From Telluria sp. (GTDB taxonomy: Bacteria > Pseudomonadota > Gammaproteobacteria > Burkholderiales > Burkholderiaceae_D): 64,000 bases of DNA. Position numbers and translations under genes: made by a program. The stretch lies in the NCBI GenBank assembly GCA_036402435.1, contig DASWSX010000078.1, forward strand, positions 5,222-69,221, in the 5' to 3' direction. Of the stretch, positions 39,325 through 49,400 are shown in pieces. Below the pieces are notes generated by a model. The model did no database searches. It worked only from the letters and a program-made list of their open reading frames with translations, and was not told where the DNA came from. Positions within the stretch are counted from its first letter, which is position 1. The number at the start of each line of letters is the position of its first letter.

Positions 39325-41376
39325 TCACGCGGCCAATGCCTCGGCCTGCGGCTGCTCATCCGCCACGATGGCGGCAGCCTCCGGCGCTTCGGCTTCCGCC
39401 ACGACATCCTGCGCGGCCTGCTGCGGGCCTTCGGAACGGAAGATGGCGGGCATCCAGCCGATGCCCTCGGCCAGCCGCTCGGCTTCGCTGGCAATGTCGG
39501 CCTTCTTCAACTTCGCCAGCCGGGTGACATGCTCGGGCGCGAACTGTCCCACGGCCTCCAGAATCGCCGCCTTCGGCACGTGTCGGAAATAGCCCTCGGT
39601 CGTCGGCTTCCACCATGCGGCCATGTCCAGCCCCACAGCCTGCGCCAGTTCCGCGCCGGGCTGGCGTTGCGTGGCGCGCGGCGTCACCGCGTCCACCGTC
39701 GCCGCGACGCACACGGCCAGCAGCTGCACCAGTTCGTCCTGCGATTTCGCCAGCAGCGCGGCGAACAGTTCGGCGCCGTCCTGCGGCAACGCTTCGCCTG
39801 CGACCTGCTGCAACGTGCGCAGCGCCACGGCGGCACGCGATTCCGGCCAATCCGGGGCCATGTCTTCCAGCCGGTCTTGCACTTTCAGGCTCACGCCCAG
39901 CGGCAAGTCGTGGCCGTAGTGGTTGTCCTGCAAGACGCTCTGCACCATGCCATGCACCAGCGCGGCCAGCGCGACTTGCGGATGCCGCGCGACTTCGATT
40001 TGCAGCGCGGCGGTGCGGTGCGCACTCAAGCGCTGCGCCAGCCGGTCGGACAGGCTCGCGGCCTTGGGCTGCTCGGCGTCCTCGCCTTCGTCGTCGTTTC
40101 CGGCTTCGCCTTCCGCGCTGCCGAACCCCTGCCGCAAGCGTTCCAGCGTGCGCAGCGCCTTGGCTTCGGCCTCGCGCAGCAGCCCGCGATGAATCACGGC
40201 TTCGCCGCTGCAGTCGAGGGTGACAATGGCACCGGCCACGGCGCGCACGTCCGGGGCGTAGCCCTGCAAGGCTTCCTCCACGGCTTGCAGTTCCCCGGCA
40301 ACCTGTTCGCGACGCGGTTCCAGCGCTTCGGTCTTGTCCTCGTCCTCGGCGTCGTAGGCGTCTTCCAGTTCGGCGTCGATCTTGTCGAGGCGGGTTTGCA
40401 ACGAAGCGATGCGGCGGGCTTCGCGGGAGGTCGGTTCGCGGCGCTGGCGCGGCGCGTTCTGGAACGCTTGCCGGTCGGCATGGCTGATGTGCGGCGTGGC
40501 ATCCACCCACGCCCAACCCTCGGCGCGCACGTCCTCGGCCAGCGCGTCCAGCTTGTCGCGCACCAGCGTTTCCAGCAGCGCGGCGTCGGTCAGGTAGGTT
40601 CCGGCATCGCCTTCGGCGAACAGGTCGCGGCGGATGCCGCCGCCTGCCACCGTGTAGGCGTCCAGCCCGACGAAACGCACCAGCGGATGCGTGGCATTGG
40701 TTTCGCGTTCGGTCAGGCGTTCGCGCAGCGCGGACGGGCCGCGCTGCCATGTCGGCGCGCCGTAAAAGGCGGCTTCCTGCGCGGCGTGGTCGTCGGTGAC
40801 GGCCAAGGCCATCAACTGTTCCAGCGTCACGGCCTCGGCGCGGTAGTCGGCCAGCAGGCGCGGCGACACGTTGGCCAGCTTCAAGCGGCGCTGCACCACC
40901 AGCGGGGATACGCCGAAATCGGCGGCAATGTCTTCCACCGGGCGGCCTTCCTTGATCAGTGCGGCGAAGGCGACGAACTGGTCGGCGGGGTGCATGTTCT
41001 CGCGCTGCACGTTCTCGGCAAGGCTCACGGTTCGCGCCGAAGCGTCGGCCACCAGCAGGCACGGCACCTCAACGTCGGCGGGGATGCGCTTCTTCTTCGC
41101 CAGCAGCTTCAATGCGGTCAGGCGGCGGTCGCCGGCGACGACTTCGTACTGCTCGCCATCGGCGGCGGCAATCACGATGAGGTTTTGCAGCAGGCCGACG
41201 CGGGAAATGCTCGCGGCCAGTTCGGGGATGGACGTGCGCGGGGTCGTGCGCACGTTGCGCTTGGAGCGGCGCGCCAGCAGCCGCGAGAGCGGAACCAGAA
41301 TCAGGTTCTTGGTCGGGTCGGCCACTTCAAGCGCGGTGGCGACGACGCGGGTTTCGTTTTTGGTAACGGCGTTCAT
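39325..41376 (-). CDS. ParB/Srx N-terminal domain protein
   Basis: NVR, LAASI..VGLLQNL, AGDRR, SLAEN..R motifs. Confidence 0.9.
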   Translation of the reverse strand: MNAVTKNETRVVATALEVADPTKNLILVPLSRLLARRSKRNVRTTPRTSIPELAASISRVGLLQNLIVIAAADGEQYEVVAGDRRLTALKLLAKKKRIPADVEVPCLLVADASARTVSLAENVQRENMHPADQFVAFAALIKEGRPVEDIAADFGVSPLVVQRRLKLANVSPRLLADYRAEAVTLEQLMALAVTDDHAAQEAAFYGAPTWQRGPSALRERLTERETNATHPLVRFVGLDAYTVAGGGIRRDLFAEGDAGTYLTDAALLETLVRDKLDALAEDVRAEGWAWVDATPHISHADRQAFQNAPRQRREPTSREARRIASLQTRLDKIDAELEDAYDAEDEDKTEALEPRREQVAGELQAVEEALQGYAPDVRAVAGAIVTLDCSGEAVIHRGLLREAEAKALRTLERLRQGFGSAEGEAGNDDEGEDAEQPKAASLSDRLAQRLSAHRTAALQIEVARHPQVALAALVHGMVQSVLQDNHYGHDLPLGVSLKVQDRLEDMAPDWPESRAAVALRTLQQVAGEALPQDGAELFAALLAKSQDELVQLLAVCVAATVDAVTPRATQRQPGAELAQAVGLDMAAWWKPTTEGYFRHVPKAAILEAVGQFAPEHVTRLAKLKKADIASEAERLAEGIGWMPAIFRSEGPQQAAQDVVAEAEAPEAAAIVADEQPQAEALAA

Positions 41377-41456
41377 GGTGGTATCTCCATTCGATAGCGA
41401 AACAACAGCGGGAGGAATGGAGGGGCCGGGATGATGAAAGCCCCTCCGCGTGGGGT

Positions 41457-42281
41457 TCAGGCTTTCAACTGGCGCAGGCCGTCGGCCAGCAGCCAAAGGG
41501 CGCGATTCAGGCGGATGCCGTTGTCGATGCCCTGTACGGGGCGGGTGGTCTGGCGGCGACCGTTGGCCGCGCGGGCGGACAGGCCACCTTTGATGAGGTT
41601 TTCCTGCGTGCGGTTGAACACGCTCCACAGGTCGCGGCGGCTGTCGTCGTGACGGCGCGGCATCAGGATTTGCGATTCCGTGATGGGTGCGGGCTTGTCC
41701 TCGTCGTACTTCAACGCCAGCGCAGCGCGGGCGAAGACTTCGGCTTCGCCGTTGTCCAGCGTGATGGCCTGCATGGCATCGCGGGATGCCTGCGCCCGGT
41801 CGAAGCCGTGCAAGACTTCGTAAGCGCCTTCGATGACCTGCGCGGCCACGTCGCCCTTGTGGGGCACGCGCACGTCCGCCACGGTGTCGCCGCAGACCAG
41901 TCCGTTCTGGCACACGAAACGGAACATGCCGGCTAGCATCTGGTAGCTGCTCGTCCCGTCATGGGAGTTCAGCAGGATGATTTCGTTGGCTTCGCGGCCA
42001 TTGATCTGGCTGGCATGGCGCAGCCGGATCATGTGCTTGGTGTAGTCGCGGCGGTCGTCCTGCCGCACGCGGGTCTGGCACACCATGAAGGGCTCGAAGC
42101 CTTCGCCGCGCAGCTCCTGCAGCACGGTGGCGGTGGGGATGTAGCTGTAGCGCTCCGAGCGGCTTTCGTGCGGGGCATCCGCGAAGATGGACGGGGCCAC
42201 GGCGCGGATTTGGTCATCCGACAAGGGACGTTCCGAGCGCAGCACCGGGGAACGGGAAGCGAAACGGGTTGCGAGTTGCAT
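41457..42281 (-). CDS. DUF932 family protein
   Basis: SRSERYSYIPT, NSHDGTSS, FRFVCQNG, FNRTQEN. Confidence 0.9.
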   Translation of the reverse strand: MQLATRFASRSPVLRSERPLSDDQIRAVAPSIFADAPHESRSERYSYIPTATVLQELRGEGFEPFMVCQTRVRQDDRRDYTKHMIRLRHASQINGREANEIILLNSHDGTSSYQMLAGMFRFVCQNGLVCGDTVADVRVPHKGDVAAQVIEGAYEVLHGFDRAQASRDAMQAITLDNGEAEVFARAALALKYDEDKPAPITESQILMPRRHDDSRRDLWSVFNRTQENLIKGGLSARAANGRRQTTRPVQGIDNGIRLNRALWLLADGLRQLKA

Positions 42282-42819
42282 GGTCTTTCTCCTGACAAAG
42301 GGTTTGCTGTTGAAACCGCACACCGGATTCCTAGATTCGGAGCCCGCCTTTCGGCTTTCCGGTGGGGTTAGCGCGGAGACCTGGGCCGGCCTCGTTGCCA
42401 CCGTCTTTCCTGAGTTCATCGCCCGCGACGGTCAGGAGCGCGCGGACGGAAGCCGTCAAGGAGGAAAGCGCCGGGGGTGGTGCGGCCCGCAGCGCAGCGA
42501 GGACACGGCCCGGCGCGCCTTGATGGCGCACGGCCGCGGGCTACAGTCGCGGACAAGGTGATGAAGTCAGGGGAGACGGCTGGACAGGCAACGGCCGTTG
42601 CGTTGGCGCAGACCCCACGCAAGCGAAGCGCGCAGGCCCGAAGCTGGAAGCCGGGCCGAAGGCGTCAGCCGAGCGGAGCGAGGGAACGATGGAAGCCCGC
42701 AGGGGGCGAGACTCGCGCAGCGAGGCTCGATGCGCAGCACGACAGCGCGGCCCGGCTCGGCCGGGCGACGCCCGAATTGTCTATCGTTTACCGAAGCAGA
42801 AGAAAGAAGGCGGCGTGGA

Positions 42820-43467
42820 ATGCCACGTGCAGTGACGACTGAGGCAACGCGAATCGACGGAAGCAATAAGGAACAACTACGGCTTGGACGTACCCTGGGA
42901 GCTGGCCAGTTGGTGTTCGACGGTGAAGCGAAGACGCTGCACGTCGTTCGCGATGGCGAACCACTGCACAGCTTCCCCTATGCGTCGCTGTCTCCCTCGC
43001 ATTGGGGATACGTGTATGAACGTCACGTCGGCCTGTGGTTCGAGGCCGCGGGCTACCAGGTGACCTACCGCGGGCTTCAGTTCGGCTTCGTGGATAACGG
43101 CGTGGATCTCGTTCTTGAAAGGGACGACGAAACCATCTACGTCCAGTGCAAGTACGCACTCGTCAAACGGCTCAACACCAATCACATACGCTGGATTCTG
43201 TACAAGGCCGACGCCTTCTTGGCGAGGCGCTACCAGGGGCGCCCGCTACATTTCCATCTCGTCGTACCGAATATGGCGCAATGCTTCTCGTCGGCCAAGA
43301 TGCGGATCAACGGCGTCGTCAAGAAGCACTCGGCTGCGCGGTTCTTCGAGGAGCACAACAATCTCCAGAATCGTGTCAGGCTCAAGATTGTGGAAGTGCC
43401 CATGCCTCGTGACGACAGCGAACGCCCTGTCGATGAAGCGCAGCCACTGCCGTCTTCACCGCCGTGA
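42820..43467 (+). CDS. Mrr-like PD-(D/E/Q)XK restriction-endonuclease-fold protein
   Basis: YE..V...F...GY, D.GVDL, YVQCK motif; start uncertain. Confidence 0.7.
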   Translation: MPRAVTTEATRIDGSNKEQLRLGRTLGAGQLVFDGEAKTLHVVRDGEPLHSFPYASLSPSHWGYVYERHVGLWFEAAGYQVTYRGLQFGFVDNGVDLVLERDDETIYVQCKYALVKRLNTNHIRWILYKADAFLARRYQGRPLHFHLVVPNMAQCFSSAKMRINGVVKKHSAARFFEEHNNLQNRVRLKIVEVPMPRDDSERPVDEAQPLPSSPP

Positions 43468-43528
43468 ACTTCCAGACTGACTTGACCTGGTATGCGCATG
43501 CCCTTGCACAACGCCCGGGAGGCGCAGC

Positions 43529-43550
43529 AAAAAGGGGGCGAAGCCCCCTT
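43529..43550 (-). terminator. Rho-independent terminator of radC
   Basis: GGGGGC-GAA-GCCCCC hairpin with A-run on + (U-run on -), just after the radC stop. Confidence 0.75.
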
Positions 43551-43552
43551 GG

Positions 43553-44059
43553 TCACAGCCAGCCGCGTTCGGCGAATGCCGTCGTCCTGTCGCCTGCGAC
43601 GATGACGTGATCCAGCGTGCGCACATCGACCAGCGTCAGTGCCTCCTTGAGCCGCTGGGTCAGTGCCCGATCGGCAGCGCTCGGCTCGGGATTCCCGCTC
43701 GGATGGTTGTGCGAGAAGATCACCGCCGCCGCGTTGTGCTGCAGTGCTTCCTTGACCACTTCGCGCGGGTGGACCGTCGCACCGTCGATCGTCCCGCGGA
43801 ACATCTCGACGTATTCGATCAGCCGATGGCGTGTATCGAGAAACAGGACCGCGAAGACCTCGTGCTCGAAGCCCGCGAGCTTGGTGCATAGGTACTCCTT
43901 GACCGTCGCCGGCGAACTGAACTCGGTACCGCGCTGCATCTTCTGGTCGATGACCCGACGCGCGGCGTCCAGGATCTGGTCGGCCGACGCCGGCAGATAG
44001 CGGCCACGGCCGTCACGCACCAGCAGCGAGGCATAGGAAGAGAGGGAAAGCTGCGACAT
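43553..44059 (-). CDS. radC: RadC-like JAB-domain protein
   Basis: EHEVF, VHPREVVK, HNHPSG...S.AD, LDH. Confidence 0.93.
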   Translation of the reverse strand: MSQLSLSSYASLLVRDGRGRYLPASADQILDAARRVIDQKMQRGTEFSSPATVKEYLCTKLAGFEHEVFAVLFLDTRHRLIEYVEMFRGTIDGATVHPREVVKEALQHNAAAVIFSHNHPSGNPEPSAADRALTQRLKEALTLVDVRTLDHVIVAGDRTTAFAERGWL

Positions 44060-44403
44060 GATCGTGCTCCGGTTGCTCGGGCGGAATTGCCCGGAACCGG
44101 CGCCAGCACGGCGCAGCGCAAGCAGTCAGGGGGCGAAGCCGGCCGCCAGGACGCCAGCGCGCAAGGCGCGCGCCGCCCTTGACGGCGAGAACGCCGTGGT
44201 ACGGTGAAGGGAACAGCAAGACCGCCCTCCCCTCCCTGCGGACATAAACAGGCAAGCGGAGCGCGCTGGCCCGCGAGGGCCGAAGACGTCAGGAGTCAAA
44301 GCCGGATCGTCGCGACTCGGCACGCGAGCCGCAGGGCGGAGCCCGCAAAGCCGACGGCGAAGCGCCGGGACGCCAGGGCTAGTCGGCGGCAAGAATGCCG
44401 TGT

Positions 44404-44473
44404 TTCACTGTGCAGTAAAAATTGCCATTTTGCCGAATATTCGGTAGAGTGCCCATATTTACTGAACAGTAAA
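44404..44473 (+). promoter_or_regulatory. Sigma70 promoter flanked by two palindromic operators
   Basis: -35 TTGCCA (44422-44427), 17 nt spacer, -10 TAGAGT (44445-44450); IRs TTCACTG-TG-CAGTAAA (44404-44419) and TTTACTG-AA-CAGTAAA (44458-44473). Confidence 0.8.
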
Positions 44474-44491
44474 CGAGCCATCGCTGCCCGC

Positions 44492-45586
44492 ATGCTTGAG
44501 TCCAGCCTGACCGAACAACAGTTGATTGCGCGCTTCCTTGACGCCCTGCGGGAGCTTCCGGAGGTGGAGGCCGAACTCGGCCGCTGGGAGCCCATCGGCG
44601 CGCACGACGACCGCGGGTACGATGCCCAGGTCGATTTGCACGTCGCCGGCAAGTCCTTCGTCCTGCTGCTCGAAGCCAAGAAGGCCGTCTTTCCCCGGGA
44701 TGTCCGCCAAGTGATCTGGCAAATTCGGGCGGCGAGCCATGGGAAGCCCGCTGGGCGCAGGGAAATGCCCTTGTCGTTTCTCGTGGCCGAGTCCATCTCC
44801 CCGGGCGCGAAGGAACTGCTCAGAAGTGAGCGCGTCGGCTACTACGACAGTGGCGGCAGCCTCTACTTGCCCGCGCCAGGCGCATACCTCTACGTCGACA
44901 AGCCGCCACCCAAGGCCCTGGCCAAGTCGGTGCGCACGTTGTTTACCGGTCGACGCGCCCAAGTGCTTCACACCCTGCTGGCCCAGCATCAGAGCTGGTT
45001 CGGCGTCACCGAGTTGGCACAACAAGCTATGGTGTCGCCCGCCACCGCCTCGCAAGTGCTGACCGAGCTGGAACGCTTTGACTGGCTGGAGGCGCGTGGG
45101 CAAGGTCCGAGCAAGGAGCGCTACCTACGGGAACCGGCAGCCTTGCTGAACGCATGGGCCAAGGAACTCGCAACTATCCGTCAGCCGACCTTGCGCCGGT
45201 ATTACGTGCCAGGCACGAAGACCGACACGCTAGTGGCACGAATCAGCCAAGTCTTCGACGCGCACCATGTCCAGTACGCTATCAGCCACGAGGCCGCCGC
45301 GCAGCGCTATGCGCCGTTCCTTTCTAACGTCTCCCAGGTTCGTGTGCGGGTACTGATCGGTGCGAACGCCGATGCCGCAATCGGCGACCTGGATGCACGT
45401 GTCGTCAACGAAGGCGCCAACTTGGGTGTCATTGAAGCCAAGTCGTCGGGCGAACTGTTGTTCCGCGAGTGGGTCGATGGCCTGTGGCTGGCCAGCCCCA
45501 TCCAAATCTATCTCGACCTATTGCGCGGCGAAGGCCGCTCCAAGGACATGGCCGAGCACTTCCGCAAGGAAAGGATCGGCTTCTGA
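44492..45586 (+). CDS. AbiEi-like (type IV TA antitoxin-like) regulator
   Basis: N-terminal REase-like D...EAK, central wHTH (ELAQQAMVSPATASQVL), C-terminal ASPIQIYLDL...GR.D.AE; coupled to an NTase gene. Confidence 0.72.
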   Translation: MLESSLTEQQLIARFLDALRELPEVEAELGRWEPIGAHDDRGYDAQVDLHVAGKSFVLLLEAKKAVFPRDVRQVIWQIRAASHGKPAGRREMPLSFLVAESISPGAKELLRSERVGYYDSGGSLYLPAPGAYLYVDKPPPKALAKSVRTLFTGRRAQVLHTLLAQHQSWFGVTELAQQAMVSPATASQVLTELERFDWLEARGQGPSKERYLREPAALLNAWAKELATIRQPTLRRYYVPGTKTDTLVARISQVFDAHHVQYAISHEAAAQRYAPFLSNVSQVRVRVLIGANADAAIGDLDARVVNEGANLGVIEAKSSGELLFREWVDGLWLASPIQIYLDLLRGEGRSKDMAEHFRKERIGF

Positions 45587-46481
45587 TGGCCAAGCCCGCA
45601 ACGTTCGACGGCTACAGCGACCAATACACGGTGGACTGCGAGCGTGTCCTTGTGACGCTGCTGCGCGGTCTAGGGCCGTGGAAGGATTCGGTCTACCTGG
45701 TCGGCGGGCTCACGCCGCGGTATCTCGTCGCCGCGCGACCGCCTGTGGTGCCGGCGCATGCCGGCACGCTGGACGTTGACATCGTAATCGACCTGCAGAT
45801 CCTGGCCGACACCGAGGCGTATCACACGCTGGAGGACAACCTCAAAAAGATGGGCTTCGAGCGCGCTGAAACGAAGCCGGGAAGAAGCTCTCGTGGCGTT
45901 GGCAGACCCGCACCGAACACGGCGCGCTGATGGTGCTGGAACTGCTCGCGGACGCGCCGGACATCGCCGGCGGCAAGGTGCAACCGCTACCGACCGAAGG
46001 CACGATCTCAGCCTTGAACATCCCGCATTCGTCCATCGTCTTCGACCTGCACCAGATCACCGAAATCCAGGCCGAGTTGCTGGGTGGCAACGGCGTCGCT
46101 ACCGAGAAGATCAAGCATGCCAGCCTCGTCAGCTTCACCTGCTTGAAGTCCTTCGCGTTCGACCAGCGTTTCGAGCGCAAGGATGCGCACGATCTGATTT
46201 ATTGCATCGAGCACGCACCCGAAGGCATGGACGCTGTAGCCGAAGCCTTCCATAACGAGCGAAGTGGCAAACATGGCGCCGTCATCGAGGCTGCGCTGAC
46301 GATCCTGCGCAGCCGTTTCACGAGCGACGATAAGACCGAGGGCTATCGCAAGGATGGCCCGGTGTCGGTTGCCAAATTCGAGCTGGGCGAAGGCGATGAA
46401 TCTGAGCAGCGCGAAGCGCGGGCGTTGCGGCAGCGGCAGGCCAGCGACGTAATCGAACAACTCCTTGCGCGGATCGAATAA
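45586..46481 (+). pseudogene. AbiEii/DUF1814-like nucleotidyltransferase split by a 1-nt deletion
   Basis: LVGG...GTLDVD in the 5' part, LK...KDAHD in the 3' part; adding one A at 45869-45871 joins the frames (..RAE-NEAGKKLSWRW..). Confidence 0.75.
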
Positions 46482-46490
46482 GGGGTGCGC

Positions 46491-49400
46491 ATGGCGATCA
46501 AAGCAATCTTCGTAGGCATCAACAAGCATCTCGATAGCTCCATACCCGAATTGAGCGGAGCGCGCCGTGACGCCACTGCGTTGTGGGCATTGTTCACCGA
46601 CACGGTCGAAGGTCTGAGTGCCCGTCTACTGGTGGACGAAGCCGCGACACACGCGGAAGTTTCGGGTTCCATGCTCGGCACCTTGGCCGCCGCGAGCGCG
46701 GATGACGTGGTGGTCATCGCGTTCGCGGGGCATGGTTCTCCAGACGGCAATCTGGTGTTGTTCGACACGGATGCCAGCGACCTCGCAGGAACGGCCTTGT
46801 CGATGGCGGGCTTGGCGGATACCTTCAAGACGACGAAGGCTCGCGCGGTCCTGTGCATTCTCGATTGCTGTTTCAGCGGCCAGGCGCCCGCGCGTGTGCT
46901 GGAGACAGCGGCGCGTCCGCGCAATGCATTCGCGCTCACCGGCATCTACGGAGAGGGGCGCATCCTCCTAGCCGCCTGCGCAACCAACGAATCAGCATGG
47001 GAACAACCGGGCACCGGGCACGGGCTGCTCACCCACGCCGTGATCGAAGCCTTGACTGGCGCAGCAGGCGAATCAGTCAGCTTTCCCGAGATCGCAGGAG
47101 AGATTATCCGGCTCGCGCGCGTCGAAGCGGAGCGCATCAGCGTCACGCAAACGCCCGTGTTCCTGGGCAGCGTGCAGGGTGGACTGACGTTCCCGACGCT
47201 CAAGCGCGGCGACAACTACGCCGCGGCCTTCCCCGCAAGAGCCGTGCAGCAGATGTCGGGATCGTTCGCGGAGTTTTCTGCCCACGGCTTCCCTCCAGAG
47301 ATTGTCGAGAAATGGGCAGCGGATTTCCCGCAAGGCCTCAACGCGTTGCAACTCAGGGCGGTCAACGAGTTCGGCGTGCTCGGTGGCAACTCTCTCTTGG
47401 TCGTCGCGCCCACAAGCTCCGGCAAGACATTGATCGGCGAAGTGGCGGCGATTCAAGCCGTCACCTCCGGCAAGAAGGCGGCGTTCCTATTACCCTACCG
47501 CGCACTGGTCAACGAAAAGTTCGAGGAGTTCACCGAGCGTTATGCGGCCGCCGGTTTGCGTGTGGCCCGTTGCAGCGGAGATGCTACGGATGGCATCGGA
47601 CCCGTCCTGGCCGGACGCTACGACTTGGGCTTCTTCACCTACGAAACTTTCCTCAACCTCGCACTCGGCTCCCCTCGCCTTCTGAATCAACTCGGCCTCG
47701 TCGTGCTGGACGAAGGGCAGTTCATCACCGACCCGCAGCGCGGCATCACGGTTGAACTGATCTTCTCGCTGCTCTTGCGGGCGCGCCAACGAGGCATCGA
47801 GCCACAGCTCGTAATCCTGTCGGCGGTCATCGGCAATCTGAACAGCTTTGACCGCTGGCTCGGCGTTCCGCTCCTACTGTCGCGCGAGCGGCCTGTGCCG
47901 TTGGTCGAAGGCGTGCTCGACCGGCGCGGTACATTCCAGCACATCGATACCGATGGGAGCACGAAGACCGAGGCCTTGCTGCCTTCACACCGCATCGTGC
48001 AGCGCCGGGACAAGCCCAGCTCCCAGGACGTGATCGTGCCTCTGGCACAACAACTGGCGGGTCAGGGCGAGAAGTTGTTGATCTTCCGTAACATGCGCGG
48101 TCCGGCCCAAGGTTGCGCGAAGTACCTTGCCAAGGAACTGGGTCTGCCACCGGCTACCGCCATCCTCGACGTTCTGCCGACCCAAGACCTGACCGGCGCC
48201 TCGCAGGACTTGCGGGAATGCTTAGCCGGCGGCACCGCTTTTCACAACACCAACTTGCTGCGCGCGGAGCGCGAGGCGGTCGAGAAGGGGTATCGCAGCG
48301 CCACGGGTGGTATTCACGCACTGGTCGCCACGACGACTCTGGCGGCCGGCATCAACACCCCGGCATCGACGGTCGTGCTCGCCGAGAACGAATTCGTCGG
48401 TGAAGATGGCCGACAGTTCACCGTGGCCGAGTACAAGAACATGGCGGGTCGTGCCGGCCGGCTGGGCTTCAACGAGACTGGCAAGGCAATCATCTTGGCG
48501 GACACGCCGATGGAACGTGCGCAGCTTTTTCAGCGCTACGTGCTCGGCGTACCCGAGGATGTGAAGTCCTCATTCCAGCAGCGCGACCTGCCGACATGGA
48601 CATTGCGCCTGCTTAGTCAAGTGCGCGGCGTTCGCGCCGATGAGATTCCGGGGTTGCTGGTCAATACGTTCGGAGGATATTCGGCGTCGCGCGCGAATCC
48701 GCAATGGGTCGCGATGGTGGAGCGAGACGTGACCACGCTGGTCGATCGCCTCCTGCAGGCGGGACTAGCCGAGCGCGAAGGCAATCTCATTCACTTGACG
48801 CTGCTCGGGCGTGCCTGCGGTTCTTCGTCCTTGTCGTTCGAGTCGAGCTTGCGCCTAGTCGAGTTGATGGGACGCCTGAATGTGGCGCAGACGCCGCCCA
48901 GCCACATCTTGGCAATGGTGCAGGTGTTGGATGAGCTGGACGCCATCTACACGCCGGTCATGAAGAAGGGCCAGTCAGAGAGTGTGCGCGCTGGCGAGGT
49001 AGCGCAGCGTTTCGGGCATCAAATGCCTCAAATGCTGCAACGGTATTGCCGCAACCAGATCGAGTTCTGGGCTCGCTGCAAGCGAGCTGCGCTGCTGTAT
49101 GACTGGATTGAGGGAACGCCCGTTGACGTTCTGGAGAAGCACTACTCCACGACCCCATTTGGCGGTGCCATCGGATACGGCAACATCATCGGCATCGCCG
49201 ATGCAACGCGCTTTCACTTGCGCTCCGCCCATCAGATTCTCGCGGCGCTCTTCCCCGATCAACCCGATTTCCTCAAGAACTTGGACGAGATTCTTCAGCG
49301 GCTCGAATTCGGGTTGCCCTCCACCGCCCTGCCCCTCACGAGAGTCTCGGTGCGGCTGACGCGGGGCCAATGCCTGGCACTGTTGTCCATCGGTGTCCAC

